From assembly GCA_964618805.1 (NCBI GenBank), contig CAZUBM010000001.1, positions 96,001 through 160,000 on the forward strand: DNA of 64,000 bases, read 5' to 3'. Made by a program: the position numbers and the translations under genes. Numbering within the stretch: position 1 is the first letter of the stretch; every line of letters begins with the position of its first letter. The DNA is from an uncultured Nitrososphaerota archaeon (lineage in GTDB: Archaea > Korarchaeota > Korarchaeia > Korarchaeales > Korarchaeaceae). The notes below the pieces were generated by a model that saw only the letters and a program-made list of their open reading frames with translations, searched no databases and was not told the DNA's origin. This document shows, piece after piece, positions 59,428-64,000 of this stretch.

Positions 59428-62425
59428 TCATCTTCCTCCAAGTTTTCCTCTTTTAACGTTCCACTCGAGAATTATCTTACGAACGAAGGATCCAGTTTTT
59501 TGGGCTGCCTCAGGAAGCCCGTCGCTTATGAGCACAACGTCATATACTTCTCTATCATCCTCTTTTCTCAGAATAAGTTTGTTTCTAGTGTGAATTGGGC
59601 TCATCTGACCTCCAGATGCATAGAAAAACTCTATGGTTCTGATGGATAAGCCCTTTCTGTCCTCTCTGCTTACCTTTATCACATAAGTATGCTCTTCATA
59701 ATCGTCCATGTGGGATCTAAGTGCATTCAAAACGAACTCCGTAAACTCTTCCACTTCATCCTCTGTAATCCAGATAGGCAGGGCCAGTTTAAAGGGTTCA
59801 GCAATCTTGTACGCGCGCGCATCTATCTTCCACCTCCTCTTAAGCGAGGGGGTGATGACTACGGATCCTTTCAGAGCTGTTAGGCCTCCCACAATAACAG
59901 CTGCTAGCGACACAGCCATTGCAGCAAGGGTCCAGAGAGCCGAGACCTTCTGCCTAACTTGTAGGCCAACTTCCATAAGCGAGAGGGCTTTATACCATCC
60001 AAAACCAAGAACATAACCTATTCCTCCTCCTATGATCCCGATTATCCCGGCCTCAGCTAGAAATATGCTAGCTATTTGACTAGGATTGATCCCTACGGAA
60101 GAGTAGATCAAGATCTCCCTCTTCCTCTCATAAAGGGAGTTAAGCATTGTTATGATGACGTTAAGGACTACTATGAGCCAAGGAATTGCTATAGAAAGGC
60201 CTTTTCCTTCAAAATAAGAGGATAAACGAGCTAGGTAAACTCCTCCTTCGGTAGAAGCCCAAACCCTGAGGCCTTTGTTAAGAGCTATCATCTTGGCACG
60301 CTCAATTAGATCACTTCCTTCCTCTAACAGGATATCTATTCGAGAGAGCTGTATCTCAGGGATCCTTGAAGCAATCTTCCACGTAGTTACAATGGTTTCG
60401 CTGGCTGAACAAGGAGTCAAACCCTCCGTTATGATGTCAAAGCCCTCTTCCACAGGAGCCCTTCGGACTTCCACGATCTTCATTGGGAGAAGGGGCAACC
60501 CGTCTAGGTCTCTAATGTTCTCAAACTTTTGGTCTTCAAACACTCCGACAACCTTTAGTGTAAGCCTCTTCCCAGATATCTGGAAAGTTACTTTCTCTCC
60601 AACTGTTAAATTCAATTTTTTCTTAAGTTTCTCACTAATCAGGATGCCGTCCTCATCCTCATCTTTCAAATATCTCCCTTCTACTATCGTCTCATTCAGG
60701 GACAGGATTTCTGCCTCTGCGCTAGGGACGATGCCAACCATACCAAATATGGGGTGCCCCTTCACATATCCTAAGGGATTGTATGATCCTCTGTAGTTGT
60801 ACTGGCGGTGTGGTACGTTCTCATACTTCGGTGCCACGAGGCTTACATATGAGCGGGACTCAAACCACTCAACAGAGGAATTTCCGAGGGGTGAGAACCA
60901 GAATACTCCTTTTCCTCCGCTTACCCGGCGCATAAGCCTCCATCACTGGGGATTTTAGTGTCCTTACCATTATTCCCAAGGAGGATCCTGGGTACTTGGA
61001 GACCCTGCTAATGATTAGACCGTAGCCCGTTGTGAAGGATGTCAGGACTATGAAACTTGAAACAAGTATCGTAACAGAGATTAGGGTTAGGACTGATCTC
61101 AGCTTTCTCCTCCTAAGATTCCTCTTAGCTATGGAGAAGATGGGAACTACTATGTTCCTCAGAGGAACTCGACCCCTAAACTCCCTACCTTTTAAGAACT
61201 TTGGAAACAGAATGAAGAAGCCTAGAATCGAGATTAATGGGATAAAAGAAGCCCTGATGAACAAAGATGGAGCTATAATCTTGCTTCCTGGATATAGATA
61301 ATATGTTAACAGCAGGAATAACGAATAGAGGACCGCCGATGCGCAGATCTTAAGCTTTTTCCCTTCAAAGTATAGGAAAGAGACAGAAGTTGCTGTGAAA
61401 GCTAGGAATGGGATCAGAAGAAATGCTGATCTTAAGGCTTTGATGTACATCCTGTTGAGCCAGTCTTGGAGGTTCGAGATTTCTGCATAGGCCTCACGAA
61501 GCCTTGCAAAGGACGATTCATAGGCCCCTTGATCAAAAAGATCCTCTGCCTCCAGGATCAGGGAATTTATGCGCGTCAATCTCTGCGTCTCAACTGCTAC
61601 GTAAAACCCTTCCCTCTCCCTCTCCTTTATCATTAAGTCTACCTCAGATGCCCTTTCTTTAACCGCTGATAAGCTGTTGCGGACCGAGAATTTAGTCAGA
61701 TCGATGTGAAAGGCCTCTCCTTTTTCAAGAATGAAGTGATTTTGCCTGTCTACGATGAAACTAAGTGTGAAAGTCTCTTTGCCTTGATACCACACAGCAT
61801 GAATCTCTTTCGAAAACTCTACATTCGAATGCACCTTAATAATGAAGGGAATGCCTGCCGGGACTATTATGAGATCCGGACTTAGTCCTAAGTATTTATT
61901 TGGGAAGTTCGAGGGCTCTCCGAATCTGAGCTTGTATCCATCGAACTCCATAACCTTTCCTGACTCCGGGCTTATCACCGAAAACACAGGTTTCAAGGAC
62001 TTCGTTGTCTCAACAAAGAGAACTTCCCCTTCTAAAAAGATTGAGGCCCCATCCCAAAGCTCAAAGGTGATGTTCAATTTTCCTCCAGGCTCTGTCTGGA
62101 TCCTCTTCATGGACGGTACATAATCAAATCCAGAAGTCAGAGGATCGTCGTAGTATACACAAATTGTGTAGTTGGAGCCAGCAGGGAGTTCTATATTGAA
62201 ACTACCATTTAGATCCGTCTTTCCTTCAAAAACCTTTCGAGAATATGTTCCCCATGGTCCCATCAAGACTAAAACATTTGCGTTTGGAACGGGCTTTCCG
62301 GTCCTGACCTCCTTGACAAATCCTGTAATAGTTACGTTACCGTCGCCCAGCAAGGGAGAAAGCGGTAAGGTCAATGACAAGGCAAAGAACGCTGAGAGGA
62401 GAAGAAATGTCCTCTTTTCGGGCAT
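59428..62425 (-). pseudogene. Large FtsX-like permease with extracellular carboxypeptidase-regulatory-like domain, split by a frameshift near 60920
   Basis: ORFs 60869-62425 (signal, ITGFV..GKPVPNA, RNLRRRKLRSVLT) and 59428-60933 (EGRYL, ERKREILIYSSVG) overlap out of frame. Confidence 0.8.
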
Positions 62426-62702
62426 TGGATGTCACTTATTCAATGCATGCAAAGCTAAATATAAATCAAAGGGAATAGCTAAGAGAAGATAGGCAAGAGA
62501 ACAACCCGTATCTTTCCATCCATAAAAATAGATGCAATTGCTTGAATTTTGAATGGAATCGAATTAGTTTGGAAAGATAAAGAACCCATTCATCGACTCC
62601 CTAGCTTCTAAACTTCTTTTAAAGGATTATTCTCTTTTTTCTCTAATATCTCCTCTATAAAGTTCGAATTAATGATTTTTCAAGGTTAAAGAGTTGGGAT
62701 AA

Positions 62703-63752
62703 ATGCTGCATCGGTTGTTCCAACTCATTACGCAACGATTACGTAACGATTCCTTATTACTTCACGCCACAGCATTTAGAGCGGTGAATGATGTGATTAA
62801 GATGAAAATGAAACCTAGCAACGTAAGGATCGTCCTAGCTTTATCAGTCTTGGCACTCATGTTCTCCGGTCCAATACTTAACATAGCAGCTCAACCAGAG
62901 AGTCAAGGAGCTTTGGTTGAGAAGATACTACAGATCTACGAGCAAGCCAGAGAGCTAGCTCTTCGATGGGCCGCAAGGGCAGAACAAGCGGGTTCTAAGG
63001 ATGTAGCTGACGAGCTAAAGAGAGCTGTTGAAAATGCTGACAACTTAATCGATCAGGCAAGGGATAAACTAGCATCAGGAGATAGGAAGGAGGCTGCTGA
63101 ATTAGCGAGAAGGGCTATAAATACGTTAAGAGAGGCATTACTTAACGCAAAGGAGGAGTACGCTCCCTCAAGCAACGTAACTAGGGCAAAGGGCCTTCTG
63201 CTATCTGCGATCAGAAGGCTGAATGATCTGATTCAGAAGCTTGAGACCTCCTTAAGGGCACTTGAGAGCAGGGGTGTAGATGTTAAAGAACCGAGACAAA
63301 AGCTGGAAAGAGCTAAGGAGATGCTAGAGGACGCAACAGGATTGATGAGCGAAGAAAAGCTTATAGAGGCCAAGAAAAAAGTAGAAGGAGCTGCTGAACT
63401 GATTAGAGAAGCTTACTCTTGGATTAGAGAACACATTAAGGAGATCAAGGAGGGCATGTTGGAGAAAAGAGTTCAGCGCATTGTATCTGCAACTGAAAGA
63501 ACTATCGAAAGACTCCAGAAGTTGGAGGAATGGCTGATACAACACAATAGGACTGAGGCAGCAGCTAAAGTTTCAGAGGCCAAAAATGCCCTAACCCAAG
63601 CTTTAAGGAAGTTTAATGATGCTGTAGAAAAGCAGAACTATGCTGCTGCTAGAGAAGCCCTAAGAGAGATGCTTGGAATCCTTAGAAGGATAAGGCAGTA
63701 CGTCTTAGAATACAGATCCATGAGAGGGGTTCCAACAGGAGCAGGGGGTTAG
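62703..63752 (+). CDS. Secreted all-helical/coiled-coil protein (true start probably about 62793-62808)
   Basis: Signal peptide RIVLALSVLALMFSG..AAQ; repeated amphipathic helices; RBS-like ggtga at about 62783. Confidence 0.85.
   Translation: MLHRLFQLITQRLRNDSLLLHATAFRAVNDVIKMKMKPSNVRIVLALSVLALMFSGPILNIAAQPESQGALVEKILQIYEQARELALRWAARAEQAGSKDVADELKRAVENADNLIDQARDKLASGDRKEAAELARRAINTLREALLNAKEEYAPSSNVTRAKGLLLSAIRRLNDLIQKLETSLRALESRGVDVKEPRQKLERAKEMLEDATGLMSEEKLIEAKKKVEGAAELIREAYSWIREHIKEIKEGMLEKRVQRIVSATERTIERLQKLEEWLIQHNRTEAAAKVSEAKNALTQALRKFNDAVEKQNYAAAREALREMLGILRRIRQYVLEYRSMRGVPTGAGG
62708..62753 (+). promoter_or_regulatory. Phased 11-bp repeats upstream of a putative TATA
   Basis: ccaactcattac gcaacgattac gtaacgattcc followed by ttatta. 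Confidence 0.55.
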
Positions 63753-63778
63753 ACCTCCTCTTTTTATTTGATTTTCTC
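63753..63778 (+). terminator. Pyrimidine/T-rich archaeal terminator-like tract
   Basis: acctcctctttttatttgattttctc right after the stop codon. Confidence 0.45.
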
Positions 63779-63793
63779 CTAAATGAGAGAGAG

Positions 63794-64000
63794 TTGAAGG
63801 CCATAAGCAGGATAGCCGTACTCATAGTGCTTTTGATCTCTCCAACTCTAACAGTTTCTCAAGAACTTCCAGAATTAGTAGAACTGGAAGTATACGAAGA
63901 CGGTTGGGTAAACGTAAGTTATAGCATTAGCTTTTCGGATCCTGAGCTCGTTGCATATCTGCCCCTTTATGCTTCCCCAACTTTCCTAGTTGTTTTGGAT
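63794..64000 (+). CDS. Partial secreted or membrane protein resembling the N-terminus of COG2512-type membrane-anchored regulators
   Basis: TTG start; MKAISRIAVLIVLLISP..ELEVYEDGWVNVSYSI; runs off the window. Confidence 0.55.
   Translation, partial: MKAISRIAVLIVLLISPTLTVSQELPELVELEVYEDGWVNVSYSISFSDPELVAYLPLYASPTFLVVLD

Noticed and set aside
1203-63545. Many antisense ORFs in the track (e.g. 1203-1751, 25337-25903, 55366-55779, 60275-60796)
   Set aside because: They are Ser/Leu/Phe-rich shadows lying opposite well-supported genes.
1-64000. CRISPR arrays, tRNA or rRNA genes
   Set aside because: I saw no regularly spaced 25-40 bp repeats, cas genes, cloverleaf/T-loop patterns or rRNA-like stretches by eye. 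tRNAscan-SE and CRISPR finders would be decisive.

Overview
This is a 64 kb window from an archaeal chromosome. Gene content (archaeal-type ProRS, AsnRS-like asparagine synthetase, CofE, tungsten AOR, TldD/PmbA, two DUF3227-like genes, Csp) fits a TACK archaeon, probably Bathyarchaeia; that assignment is inference. I saw no rRNA, tRNA or CRISPR array. The first ~8.9 kb is a decayed accessory island. It has a perfect 69-bp direct repeat (324-392 / 4393-4461) bracketing a frameshifted tyrosine-recombinase remnant, two small wHTH-like genes and an intact Grs/Gms-family (tetraether-lipid-modifying) B12 radical SAM gene, followed by a graveyard of toxin-antitoxin modules. The rest mixes intact housekeeping and metabolic genes with many frameshifted or truncated accessory genes. 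Other highlights: (1) an MFS-MoaD/SAMP-MBL-radical SAM operon whose radical SAM motif is split by a ferredoxin-like Cys insert; (2) helically phased 10-11 bp repeat arrays abutting the TATA boxes of secreted helical proteins and DUF3227-like genes, near a probable membrane-anchored regulator and a MacB/FtsX-type ABC system; (3) (GC)n tracts at junctions of gene remnants. All family calls come from motif recognition by eye; no searches were run.
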